Shown here one piece after another: positions 33,663-42,825 of a DNA stretch of 64,000 nucleotides. Position 1 is the first letter of the stretch. Each line of letters starts with the position of its first letter. Below the pieces are notes generated by a model. That model was given only the letters and a program-made list of their open reading frames with translations. It searched no databases and had not been told where the DNA came from. Source of the DNA: Oscillospiraceae bacterium (GTDB taxonomy: Bacteria > Bacillota > Clostridia > Oscillospirales > Oscillospiraceae); contig SVMK01000002.1 in the NCBI GenBank assembly GCA_015067465.1, positions 175 through 64,174 of the forward strand, in the 5' to 3' direction. Both the position numbers and the translations under genes were made by a program.

Positions 33663-34637
33663 TTGAATGTGCTGTCGCAGCAGGAAATTGACGAGCTGAT
33701 GCGCTCTCTCACGTCCGGAGAAGATTCCAACGACTCATGGGGGAAAAAGGAAGCATACAAAAAGTATGACTTCCGCACCGCAAACCGCTTTACGAAAGAC
33801 CATATCCGCACGATCGGCGGCGTATACAAGACCTTCGATCACCTGCTTTCAAACTATATGGTCGGTCTTCTGCGCACCTCCTGCGAGGTGGAGGTGCTGT
33901 CCCATGAGGAAATGTCGTTTATGGAGTATTTCAACTCCGTCCCCTCGCCGTCCGTAATTTCCGTCGTCAAGGTGGCGCCGACCGGGGGAACCCTTCTGCT
34001 CGATATTTCAAAGGACCTGGTATTTTCCATCGTGTCGCGCGTGCTGGGCGGCACGGAGAGCGTGCAAAGCGACAACCGTCAGTTTACCGACATTGAACTG
34101 ATGATCATGGAGCGTATCATCTGGCAGATCCTGGCGTGTTACGACGAAGCCTGGGGCAAGATTATCACACTGAGCACCCGTTTGGAGCGTACCGAAACCG
34201 GTATGCAGTTTGCCCAGATCGTTGACAACAACGAGGCGGTTTTTGTCGTAACGCTGAATATTCAGCTTGGCGCAGAGCAGTCGGTGATCAGCTTTTGCCT
34301 GCCCCGGCAGACGATGGCGCCCATCTTCAAAAAGCTGAACATGCAGGACACGATCACCGTTGCCACGGAAAAGGGCGGCGAAGCCTACCGCGATGAGCTG
34401 CGCGAAGTGCTCGGCCATGCGGATGTTGAGGTTTCCGCACGCTTCAATCCCACGATCGCAACAACGGAGGATGTGCTCAGACTGCAGGTTGGAGATGTGA
34501 TCAAGCTCGACCATGAGCTGAACAAACCGATCACCGTCATGCTGCAGAACAGGCCCAAATTCAAAGCGAGCTACGGCAGCCTGCGCAACCGCTATGCCGT
34601 AAAAATACAGGAAATAATCGGAGAGGAGACCACATAA
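33663..34637 (+). CDS. fliM: flagellar motor switch protein FliM
   Basis: N-terminal CheY-P binding motif LSQQEIDELM, followed by the central FliM domain and a C-terminal SpoA domain. TTG start with a GGAGGAGGTGA Shine-Dalgarno. Confidence 0.9.
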   Translation: MNVLSQQEIDELMRSLTSGEDSNDSWGKKEAYKKYDFRTANRFTKDHIRTIGGVYKTFDHLLSNYMVGLLRTSCEVEVLSHEEMSFMEYFNSVPSPSVISVVKVAPTGGTLLLDISKDLVFSIVSRVLGGTESVQSDNRQFTDIELMIMERIIWQILACYDEAWGKIITLSTRLERTETGMQFAQIVDNNEAVFVVTLNIQLGAEQSVISFCLPRQTMAPIFKKLNMQDTITVATEKGGEAYRDELREVLGHADVEVSARFNPTIATTEDVLRLQVGDVIKLDHELNKPITVMLQNRPKFKASYGSLRNRYAVKIQEIIGEETT

Positions 34638-35906
34638 ATGGCAGCTGACCTCACACAAGCTGAAATAGATGCCCTGCTTCGTGGAGAAGAATTGCCCATC
34701 TACGATGAAAGCAAGGACACGGGAGAGCTTGACATCTCCCAGTATGAGGGTATGGAAGGAGAAGTCTCCTCCTCTCCCGCTGTGATTGACAGCTTCGACT
34801 TTGAAAACGAAGAGGTTGAGGATATTTATGCCTACCTCGATCCCGTGGCGGTGGATGCATTGGGCGAGATCGGCAACATCTGCATGGGCAACTCTGCCAC
34901 CACGATGTCCAACGTGCTCGGTCATCGTGTCGTGATCACAACGCCCACGGTGAAACTGTTCAAATCCCAAAACGTTCTTTCGGCCTACCACTGCCCGTTC
35001 CTGGTTGTCAGCGTGAACTATGTGGAAGGTCTGCTCGGCAAGAATCTGCTGATTTTGCGCAACAAGGACGCAGCCATCATCACCGACCTGATGATGGGCG
35101 GCTCCGGCGTGGTGGATGAAAACAACATCGTCATCGACGAGCTGCAGCTTTCCGCCATCAGCGAGATCATGAACCAGATGATCGGCGCATCCGCAACGGC
35201 AATGTCGAATATGCTCGGTATCGTCGTCAACATTTCGCCTCCCATGGCGGAGCACATTCAGGCGGACGAAGGCGTTGTCAAGTTCCTGGACGGTTCCGAA
35301 CTGGTGATCCGTATCAGCTTTGATATGGAGATCGAGGGCATCATGAAAACCAAGCTGATCCAGATGATGTCGCTGGAACTGGCCCAGAATCTGGTGAACA
35401 CGCAGCTCGGCGGCGGCACGATGGACCCTGCACCGGCCCCTGCTCCTGCGCCTGCACCGAAACCCGCACCGGCCCCTGCTCCTGCACCCAAACCCGCACC
35501 GGCGCCTGCACCGGCTCCCAAGCCTGCGCCCAAACCCGCACCCAAACCTGCGCCGCCTCCCGCGCCGAAGGTGGAAGTTCAGCCGGCAACCTGCGTTTCG
35601 TTTGACGAGGTTACCTCATACGAGGACGACGCAATGGTCGGCAACCTCGATCTCATCAGCGATATTCCTCTGGAAGTTACCGTTGAGATCGGAAAAACAC
35701 GGCGCAGCCTGAATGATGTTATGAACCTCACGGCGAATTCCATCATCATGCTGGACAGACTGGCGGGCGAGCCGGTTGATATCATTGTAAACGGCAAACC
35801 CGTTGCAAAAGGCGAGGTTGTCGTGATTGAAGAAAACTATGGCGTTCGCATCACGGAGATGCTCACTCCGTCGGAAATGGCGGTATTCAGAAACCTTTCG
35901 AAATAA
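34638..35906 (+). CDS. fliY: flagellar switch protein/phosphatase FliY (CheC-like plus FliN domains)
   Basis: N-terminal LTQAEIDALL. Two CheC-type motifs (GEIGNICMGNSATTMS, ISEIMNQMIGASATAMS). The C-terminal FliN/SpoA domain reads LEVTVEIGKTRRSL...VAKGEVVVIEENYGVRITE. Confidence 0.88.
   Translation: MAADLTQAEIDALLRGEELPIYDESKDTGELDISQYEGMEGEVSSSPAVIDSFDFENEEVEDIYAYLDPVAVDALGEIGNICMGNSATTMSNVLGHRVVITTPTVKLFKSQNVLSAYHCPFLVVSVNYVEGLLGKNLLILRNKDAAIITDLMMGGSGVVDENNIVIDELQLSAISEIMNQMIGASATAMSNMLGIVVNISPPMAEHIQADEGVVKFLDGSELVIRISFDMEIEGIMKTKLIQMMSLELAQNLVNTQLGGGTMDPAPAPAPAPAPKPAPAPAPAPKPAPAPAPAPKPAPKPAPKPAPPPAPKVEVQPATCVSFDEVTSYEDDAMVGNLDLISDIPLEVTVEIGKTRRSLNDVMNLTANSIIMLDRLAGEPVDIIVNGKPVAKGEVVVIEENYGVRITEMLTPSEMAVFRNLSK
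35426..35570 (+). repeat. in-frame Pro/Ala/Lys tandem repeat within fliY
   Basis: The DNA encodes PAPAPAPAPAPKPAPAPAPAPKPAPAPAPAPKPAPKPAPKPAPPPAPK and shows visible 30 nt periodicity. Confidence 0.7.
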
Positions 35907-35930
35907 AAAACTACAGGAGGATGACTGAAC

Positions 35931-36833
35931 ATGGCTAGCGATATTCTGCTTGAAAACGGAACAAACGAACTCGAAATCCTTGAATTTAGAGTTGGCGGCA
36001 ACGATTACGGCATCAACGTTGCAAAGGTAGAAGAAATCATCAGCGAGTGCGAGATTCAGACGGTTCCCAATTCCAGACCGTTTGTTGAAGGCCTCTTCAG
36101 AAGACGCGGCAAGATCTATTCCGCCATCAATCTGGCGCAGTATCTCAGCCTGCCCGAATACAAAACCAGAGATATTTTCATCATCACCAGCTTCAACCAG
36201 ACCACGGTTGCGTTCCGCGTGGACGAGATCAAGATGATCCATCACCTCTCCTGGACGGACATTCAGCAGCCCGACGGCGTTGTGGACAACGGCACCAACG
36301 GCCTTGTTACCGGCATTGCCAAGATGGAAGACCGCATGATCCTGATCCTTGACTTTGAAAAGGTTCTTTTCGACATCGATCCCCAGACCGGTCTGCAAGA
36401 CAGCGACATCAACAAGGTGGAATCTGCAAGCGAGCATAAGTATATCAGCATTCTGCTCGCGGAGGACTCTGTGCTTCTGCGCAAGATGATTCTGGACTGC
36501 CTGTATAAAGCCGGCTTCGAAAACGTTACTGTTGTCGGCAACGGTCAGGCGGCGTGGGAGATGCTTGAGTGCGTGAAAAACGATCACCACCAGCTCCACG
36601 CGCTGGCGGATGTGGTTATCACCGACATTGAGATGCCGATGATGGACGGCCTGACGCTGACCAAGAGAATCAAGGAAGATCCGAAGCTGGCGGGTCTGCC
36701 CGTTATCGTATTCTCCTCTCTGATCAATGAGGCAAACAGCCAGAAGTGCACGAAAGTTGGCGCAAACGCGCAGCTTTCCAAGCCCGATATTGTCCGTCTG
36801 GTGGCAACCATCGAGGAACTGATGCGGGAGTAA
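35931..36833 (+). CDS. cheV: chemotaxis protein CheV (CheW-like plus receiver domains)
   Basis: The N-terminal CheW-like domain reads LEILEFRVGGNDYGINVAKVEEI. The C-terminal receiver has LLAEDS, VVITDIEMPMMDG and QLSKP. Confidence 0.88.
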   Translation: MASDILLENGTNELEILEFRVGGNDYGINVAKVEEIISECEIQTVPNSRPFVEGLFRRRGKIYSAINLAQYLSLPEYKTRDIFIITSFNQTTVAFRVDEIKMIHHLSWTDIQQPDGVVDNGTNGLVTGIAKMEDRMILILDFEKVLFDIDPQTGLQDSDINKVESASEHKYISILLAEDSVLLRKMILDCLYKAGFENVTVVGNGQAAWEMLECVKNDHHQLHALADVVITDIEMPMMDGLTLTKRIKEDPKLAGLPVIVFSSLINEANSQKCTKVGANAQLSKPDIVRLVATIEELMRE

Positions 36834-36871
36834 AAAGCTGAGCCCGTTCGCAAAACCAAGGAGGACACAGC

Positions 36872-38083
36872 ATGGGATGTGTCGCGTGTCAACCCATACT
36901 AAATATTAATAAGCAGGTATTCGGCTACGAGCTTTTGTATCGCAGCAACAGCTCCAGCACCATGTATGACGCAGGTGACGGCAATGACGCCACCCGCGAA
37001 CTGCTGGATACGGCGTTCGGCGATGTAGGTATCAAAAAGATCACAAACGGACACAAATCTTTTGTGAACTTCACCTACGATCTTCTGGTGGAAGGCATTC
37101 CGATGCTGTTTTCCAAGGATATCCTGATCGTGGAAGTGCTGGAAACGGTGGAACCCACGCAGGAGCTGCTGGACGCATGCCGGGCTTTGAAAAAGGGCGG
37201 TTATATGATCGCTCTGGACGATTTTGTTTTCAAACCCGAATACAAAGAGCTCATGCAGCTGGCGGACATCATCAAGATCGACTTTGTGCAGATGTCCGAG
37301 CGCGAAGAACTGAAAATGATGGTCAAGCGCATCAAGCGCACCGGAAGTAAGGTTCTGCTTGCGGAAAAGGTTGAAACGCTCGACGATTTTGAGCTGGCCC
37401 GCAGCCTTGGCTTTGTTCTGTTTCAGGGCTACTTCTTCAGCCGCCCGAAGCTTCATGCAGGACAGCATCTTTCCCCGCAAAACCTCAGCAGACTGCAGCT
37501 GATTCGTCTGATCAACCAGCGCGAGCTGGATTTTCCCAAGATCGCGGACGTGATCAAGCGCGACGTGATTTTGTCGCACAAGCTGCTTCGCATCGTAAAC
37601 TCCGCATATTACGGACTGAGCATATCCATCACCGGCATTCTCCACGCGCTGACAATTCTCGGCACAACCGGCACAAGAAAGTGGATTTCCTTTGCGATTT
37701 TGCAGGATTCCCGCGGCGAAAGCGAACGTGTGCTCAGCCGCATGGCGCTTGAGCGCGGCCTGTTTATGGAGGATCTGGCGCTGCGCATCCGCAGGAAAAA
37801 GGACAAGGAGATGTTTTTCCTGTTTGGCCTGTTTTCTCTGGCGGATGTGCTGATGGAGGCGCCCATGGAAGAAATCATGGCGCACACAAATCTGTCCCCC
37901 GTGCTGACCAACCAGCTCATTTCCGGCGAAGGCGAGCAGGTTGAGATGCTCGGCATCCTCACCAGCTTTGAGCGCGGCGACTGGGAAAGCGCCCGCGAAT
38001 GCGCCGCGAAATACGGACTGGACGAAGAAACCGTTTCCAAAATGTACCTGAACGCACTCAACTCCGCTTATGATATGCTGTAA
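36872..38083 (+). CDS. EAL plus HDOD domain protein (putative c-di-GMP phosphodiesterase)
   Basis: EAL-domain catalytic motifs are present: QPIL..FGYELLYR, FVNF, IVEVLE, ALDDFV, IIKIDF, LAEKVET, FQGYFFSRP. An HDOD-like region follows (VILSHKLLRIVNSAYYGLS...ALTILGT). AAGGAGG Shine-Dalgarno. Confidence 0.85.
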   Translation: MGCVACQPILNINKQVFGYELLYRSNSSSTMYDAGDGNDATRELLDTAFGDVGIKKITNGHKSFVNFTYDLLVEGIPMLFSKDILIVEVLETVEPTQELLDACRALKKGGYMIALDDFVFKPEYKELMQLADIIKIDFVQMSEREELKMMVKRIKRTGSKVLLAEKVETLDDFELARSLGFVLFQGYFFSRPKLHAGQHLSPQNLSRLQLIRLINQRELDFPKIADVIKRDVILSHKLLRIVNSAYYGLSISITGILHALTILGTTGTRKWISFAILQDSRGESERVLSRMALERGLFMEDLALRIRRKKDKEMFFLFGLFSLADVLMEAPMEEIMAHTNLSPVLTNQLISGEGEQVEMLGILTSFERGDWESARECAAKYGLDEETVSKMYLNALNSAYDML

Positions 38084-38107
38084 CTGACAGCGAAAGGGAG
38101 CAAACCC

Positions 38108-38557
38108 ATGTACGATAATCTTTTCAGCTCGGTTGATCTGATCAACAAGGGCCTGCAGATGACATGGCTGCGCAACGAAGTGATCAGCCACAATATCGCA
38201 AATGTCGACACCGTCGGCTACAAAGCCGCCGAGGTGGAATTCGAGCACATTTTTTCCGATGCGCTCGGCACGATGCCCGACGGAGAGCTTTCCGCAACGG
38301 ACGAGATGCACATTACCGGCCGCAGCTCAAGGCTGGCTGTGAGCAATCCGCGCCATATCACCCGCTCGGCTTCGAATATCGACGGCGTTACCCCCGCGAT
38401 CGTGGCGGACGATGTTTCCATCCGCTACGATGAAAGCAGCGTGGATATCGAGCATGAGATGGTTGAGCTGGCAAAAAACTCCGTTGAGTATTACACGCTT
38501 GTCAACAAGGTGAACTCCGAGTTTTCCAAGATGAGAACAGCGATCAACGTAGAATAA
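38108..38557 (+). CDS. flgB: flagellar basal-body rod protein FlgB
   Basis: LRNEVISHNIANVDTVGYKA at the N-terminus. The C-terminus MVELAKNSVEYYTLVNKV is typical of FlgB. Confidence 0.88.
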   Translation: MYDNLFSSVDLINKGLQMTWLRNEVISHNIANVDTVGYKAAEVEFEHIFSDALGTMPDGELSATDEMHITGRSSRLAVSNPRHITRSASNIDGVTPAIVADDVSIRYDESSVDIEHEMVELAKNSVEYYTLVNKVNSEFSKMRTAINVE

Positions 38558-38577
38558 GCACTGAGGAGGAACGATAA

Positions 38578-39099
38578 ATGTCTATATTCAGCGGAATGGA
38601 CATTTGCGCTTCGGGTCTGACGGCCCAGCGCACCAGAATGGATGTTATCACGGAAAATATCGTCAATGTGGACACCACCCGCACGGCGGACGGCACACCC
38701 TATACCCGCAGATATGTTGTGATGGAAGACCGTAGCCCGAGCTTCTCGGCCGTTTTCAACAAGAGCCGCTCGGACGCAGACGTTGTCGGCGCGCGCCTTT
38801 CGCCCGTAACCAGCCACGAAAACCATTTCGAGGGCGTGGGTATGATGGGACGCCGCGGCGTTGACGGCTACGGCGGTGTGCGTATTTCCGAAATCGGCGA
38901 GGACGACACCCCGTATAAGATCGTATACGATCCCGACAACCCCGACGCGGACGAAAACGGCTATGTGCAAAAGCCGAATGTGGACACCGCGCAGGAGATG
39001 GTGGATCTGATGGGCGCTTACCGCTCCTACGAAGCAAACGTTACGGCCTTTCAGGTTTATAAGGACATGGCCGTGAAAACCTTTGAGATCGGCGTGTAA
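38578..39099 (+). CDS. flgC: flagellar basal-body rod protein FlgC
   Basis: ASGLTAQRTRMDVITENIVNVDTTRT at the N-terminus. NVDTAQEMVDLMGAYRSYEANV at the C-terminus. Confidence 0.9.
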   Translation: MSIFSGMDICASGLTAQRTRMDVITENIVNVDTTRTADGTPYTRRYVVMEDRSPSFSAVFNKSRSDADVVGARLSPVTSHENHFEGVGMMGRRGVDGYGGVRISEIGEDDTPYKIVYDPDNPDADENGYVQKPNVDTAQEMVDLMGAYRSYEANVTAFQVYKDMAVKTFEIGV

Positions 39100-39127
39100 G
39101 CCGTTATATCGGTAAGGAGGGCAGTCT

Positions 39128-39445
39128 ATGGCTGACATTTCGGGACTTTCGGGCCTCGGCTCGTTATCTTTTAACACGATCACCAGCGCAATCGACAACA
39201 CCAAGACGCTGGACGATCTGGAAAACGGCAGTTTTAAAGACATTCTGACAGACGCGATCGCAAATTCCGAGGGACTTGACGATCAGGTGAATCTGGACAC
39301 GCTGAACCTGCTTGCAGGGGAGGATGACAATCTTTCCGATATCCTGATTGCCTCTGAAAAATCAGAGCTCGCCCTGAATCTCACCGTTCAGATCCGCAAC
39401 AAAGCGCTTGCCGCTTACAAAGAGATCATGAACATGCAGGTGTAA
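39128..39445 (+). CDS. fliE: flagellar hook-basal body protein FliE
   Basis: 105 aa. SFKDILTDAI and ASEKSELALNLTVQIRNKALAAYKEIMNMQV are typical of FliE. Confidence 0.85.
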   Translation: MADISGLSGLGSLSFNTITSAIDNTKTLDDLENGSFKDILTDAIANSEGLDDQVNLDTLNLLAGEDDNLSDILIASEKSELALNLTVQIRNKALAAYKEIMNMQV

Positions 39446-39452
39446 GCAGCCT

Positions 39453-39806
39453 ATGTGGTGGGATTATATCAAAGCGGTGCTTCTCATCGTTGTCATCATC
39501 GCCGCGGCATATTATGTGACGCGGCTTGTTGTCATTAAGGGCACCGGCAACACAAAAAACGCAGATATCCGCCTGCTCGGTTCGCGTTCGCTCGGGCGCG
39601 ACCGCCACATCGTTTTAACCGAGGTGGGCGACAAGGTTTATATTCTTGGCGTTACCGGGCAGAGCATCAATGTGATCGACTCGCTCCCGGGCGAGGCATA
39701 TCATGCGCGTGAAGCCGAGCGGTCTGCCGCAGTGCCCCCGGCGCGGGAAACGGGCTTTGCAAAGGAATTTCTGGAGCGCTTCAAGGGCACCTACAAGGGA
39801 CCGTGA
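39453..39806 (+). CDS. fliO: flagellar biosynthesis protein FliO/FliZ
   Basis: 117 aa with a single N-terminal TM segment. The segment RHIVLTEVGDKVYILGVTGQSINVI lies immediately upstream of fliP. Confidence 0.7.
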   Translation: MWWDYIKAVLLIVVIIAAAYYVTRLVVIKGTGNTKNADIRLLGSRSLGRDRHIVLTEVGDKVYILGVTGQSINVIDSLPGEAYHAREAERSAAVPPARETGFAKEFLERFKGTYKGP

Positions 39807-39840
39807 CACAGCGCTTTACGAATGGAGAGACGGAAGAAAG

Positions 39841-40635
39841 ATGACAGACGCGGAAAAGAAAACCAGACCGGTTGAGCGCAGCCGCGGCCGCCGCATGGCC
39901 GGAAGAATTGCCTGCATTGCCGCTGTTGTGATGCTGGCGGGCATTGTGCTTGCACCGGGCGCATCAGCGGCGTTTACCGACACACTCGGCACCCTGCTCC
40001 GCGGCGATTCGCAGCCGCTGCAGATTGTTCTGGAGCTTACGCTGATCGCCCTGATCCCAACGCTGCTCATCATGCTGACGGGCTTCACCCGTATCGTGAT
40101 TGTGCTTTCCATGGCGCGAAACGCCATCGGCCTGCAGAACATGCCGCCGAATATGGTGATCATCGGAATGGCGCTGTTTCTGACATATTTTGTCATGAGT
40201 CCCGCCATTGAGCAAATCAACGAAACGGCGCTGCAGCCGTACATGAACAACGAAATCGAATATGAAGAGTTTGCGGAAACGGCGATGGAGCCGCTGCGCG
40301 ATTTTATGCTCAAGCAAACCTATGTTTCCGATCTGGACTTCTTCATTGACCTTTCCAACACAGGAGAACTTGAGGATGTGGAGCGGGATGTGCCCAACAG
40401 TGTGCTGATCCCGGCTTTTGTGACAAGCGAGCTGAAGCATGCGCTTGCCATCGGCTTTTTCATCTACATTCCCTTTATTGTGATAGACATGGTTGTTGCC
40501 AGCACGCTGATGGCGATGGGCATGATGATGCTCCCGCCGGCAACAATTTCGCTGCCGTTCAAAATTATGCTGTTTGTGCTGGTGGACGGATGGCAGCTTA
40601 CGATAGGAACGCTGATAAACGGCTTCGCCGGATAG
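39841..40635 (+). CDS. fliP: flagellar export apparatus protein FliP
   Basis: LTLIALIPTLLIMLTGFTRIVIVLSMARNAIGLQNMPPN and FVTSELKHAL motifs. Start re-set from 39703 to the ATG at 39841. Confidence 0.93.
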   Translation: MTDAEKKTRPVERSRGRRMAGRIACIAAVVMLAGIVLAPGASAAFTDTLGTLLRGDSQPLQIVLELTLIALIPTLLIMLTGFTRIVIVLSMARNAIGLQNMPPNMVIIGMALFLTYFVMSPAIEQINETALQPYMNNEIEYEEFAETAMEPLRDFMLKQTYVSDLDFFIDLSNTGELEDVERDVPNSVLIPAFVTSELKHALAIGFFIYIPFIVIDMVVASTLMAMGMMMLPPATISLPFKIMLFVLVDGWQLTIGTLINGFAG

Positions 40636-40645
40636 GAGGCGGAAC

Positions 40646-40918
40646 ATGCTTTCTCAGACAGAAATACTTACCGTGATGGAACAGGCTGTTCGCACAACGC
40701 TGGTGACTGCGCTGCCGATGCTGATCGCGGCGCTCGCCATCGGAGTGCTGATCGCCATCATTCAGGCCACAACGCAGATCAACGAACAGACGATGGCATT
40801 CGTGCCGAAAATCATCGGAATTCTGCTGGCCATGCTGCTGTTTGGCGGCATGATTCTCACCAACCTCACGGACTATACCACAACGCTGTTCGAGTCGATC
40901 AATCAGCTTCTGACGTAA
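40646..40918 (+). CDS. fliQ: flagellar export apparatus protein FliQ
   Basis: 90 aa with two TM segments. IAIIQATTQINEQTMAFVPKI is typical of FliQ. Confidence 0.9.
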   Translation: MLSQTEILTVMEQAVRTTLVTALPMLIAALAIGVLIAIIQATTQINEQTMAFVPKIIGILLAMLLFGGMILTNLTDYTTTLFESINQLLT

Positions 40919-40924
40919 AAAGCC

Positions 40925-41716
40925 ATGAGCATTTTTGTTGGACTGACAGAGCATCTTGACTATGTTATGCTGATGTTTCTGCGCGTGAGCGGGCTGCTGA
41001 TTTCCAGCCCCGTGTTCGGGCGGAAAAATGTGCCGAGCATATCCAAGGTGGGGCTTTGCCTGCTGATCTCGATGGTGTTTCTCACCGCGCTGCCGGAGCC
41101 GGAAGTGTATCCTGTGTTTTCGGGTGCCGGCGCATATATTCTCATTGCCGTGCGCGAGCTGCTGTTCGGCGTTGCGATGGGCTTTGTTGCAACGGCGATG
41201 TTCGATGTTGTGCTCACCGCGGGCAGCCTGATCGACATGCAGATCGGCTTTTCCATGGTGAATATCTACGATCCCCAGAACAATACCCAGATGCCGATTT
41301 CCGGCAGCCTTTTCAACATTGCGCTGCTGGTGCTGTTTTTCGGTATGGACGGGCATCTTCGCCTGATCGACATCATATATGCAACGTTTCGCGTTGTGCC
41401 CGCGGGCTACACGATGATGCTGGCGGACATTATGTGGGTTGCGGCGGATGTGCTGAGCAAATCGTTCACGCTGTCCGTGATGATGGCGATGCCGATGCTG
41501 GCGGCGGGCCTGCTGCTGGAAGCGGCGCTCGGTGCGATGATCCGGACGGTGCCGCAGATGAACATGTTTGTTGTCGGAATCCCGCTGAAGATTCTGATCG
41601 GACTGATTGTGCTGATGGGAACGCTGACGATATTTGCGGACTTTTCCCGAGAACTGACGGAGGAAATTTTCGCGTATATAGAATCAATGTTTGACTACTT
41701 CAGGAGTGCGATATGA
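40925..41716 (+). CDS. fliR: flagellar export apparatus protein FliR
   Basis: 263 aa polytopic membrane protein with the segment RVSGLLISSPVFG, located between fliQ and flhB. Confidence 0.9.
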   Translation: MSIFVGLTEHLDYVMLMFLRVSGLLISSPVFGRKNVPSISKVGLCLLISMVFLTALPEPEVYPVFSGAGAYILIAVRELLFGVAMGFVATAMFDVVLTAGSLIDMQIGFSMVNIYDPQNNTQMPISGSLFNIALLVLFFGMDGHLRLIDIIYATFRVVPAGYTMMLADIMWVAADVLSKSFTLSVMMAMPMLAAGLLLEAALGAMIRTVPQMNMFVVGIPLKILIGLIVLMGTLTIFADFSRELTEEIFAYIESMFDYFRSAI

Positions 41717-42825
41717 GCCAGGATCACGGCGAAAAAACAGAACAACCGTCAAGTAAAAAGAAGGAGGATGCCCGGAAACGAGGTGACGTAAGTAAGAGTC
41801 AAGACCTCATAGTTGCGGGTTCCATGGCAGTTCTTTTTGCTGTGGTCAAGGCGGGAGCGGATGCGTTCACCATGAACCTCCGCGGATTTACGGGAACGCA
41901 CCTTGCGTCCTCGTATATCAACCACCTTGCGGACAATGTCAGCATCGAAACCGTGAGACAGATGTTTTCGCATCTGATCCCCGAGTTTTTAAAAATAGTT
42001 TTGCCGCTCATGGGGGTTGCGATGCTTGCGGGCATCGTGCTCAACCTTGTTCAGACGGGATTTATCTTCACGGGCGACAAACTCAAGCCGAATTTCGGAA
42101 AGATCAATCCGATCAAGGGCTTCCAGCGAATTTTTTCGGTCACAACGCTGGTTGAGCTGCTGAAATCGATTATCAAGATCACGATTCTCGTGGTGATCAT
42201 TTATAAAAGCCTTAACGGCAAGCTGCAGGGCTTCCGGCTTCTGGCGTATTACCGGCCTGCCGAGGCATTTTCCTATATTCTCGGCCAGTGCGGAACGCTG
42301 GGCATTCTTGCCGGCGGCTCACTTGTGGCCTTTGCCCTGGTGGATATCATCTACCAGTGGTGGAAGTATATCAAGGATCTGCGCATGACCAAGCAGGAAG
42401 TCAAGGAAGAGCACAAGCTTATGGAAGGCGACCCGCAGATCAAGGGCAGAATCCGTCAGATTCAGCGGCAGATGAGCCGCAGCCGCATGATGAAAAACAT
42501 GGTCGATGCGGACGTTGTTATCACCAACCCCACGCACTACGCGGTTGCGCTGCGCTACCGCGAAAAGGAAGACCCCGCCCCGATCGTTGTTGCAAAGGGC
42601 CAGGATTTCCTCGCCCAAAAGATCAAGGACGTTGCGGCCGAACACAAAATTACGATCGTCGAGAACGTGGCGGTGGCGCGTGCGCTGTATGCCTCGTGTG
42701 AGATCGGTCAGGCCATCCCCGCCGGCATGTATCAGGCGGTGGCGGACATCCTTGTTTATGTCTACAGAATCACGAACCGGATGCCGGGAGGCACGAACAA
42801 CGAAGGAAGGAGCGGTAGAAGTTGA
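41713..42825 (+). CDS. flhB: flagellar export switch protein FlhB
   Basis: N-terminal GEKTEQPSSKKKEDARKRGDV and the autocleavage motif NPTHYAV. Its ATG overlaps the fliR stop. Confidence 0.93.
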   Translation: MSQDHGEKTEQPSSKKKEDARKRGDVSKSQDLIVAGSMAVLFAVVKAGADAFTMNLRGFTGTHLASSYINHLADNVSIETVRQMFSHLIPEFLKIVLPLMGVAMLAGIVLNLVQTGFIFTGDKLKPNFGKINPIKGFQRIFSVTTLVELLKSIIKITILVVIIYKSLNGKLQGFRLLAYYRPAEAFSYILGQCGTLGILAGGSLVAFALVDIIYQWWKYIKDLRMTKQEVKEEHKLMEGDPQIKGRIRQIQRQMSRSRMMKNMVDADVVITNPTHYAVALRYREKEDPAPIVVAKGQDFLAQKIKDVAAEHKITIVENVAVARALYASCEIGQAIPAGMYQAVADILVYVYRITNRMPGGTNNEGRSGRS

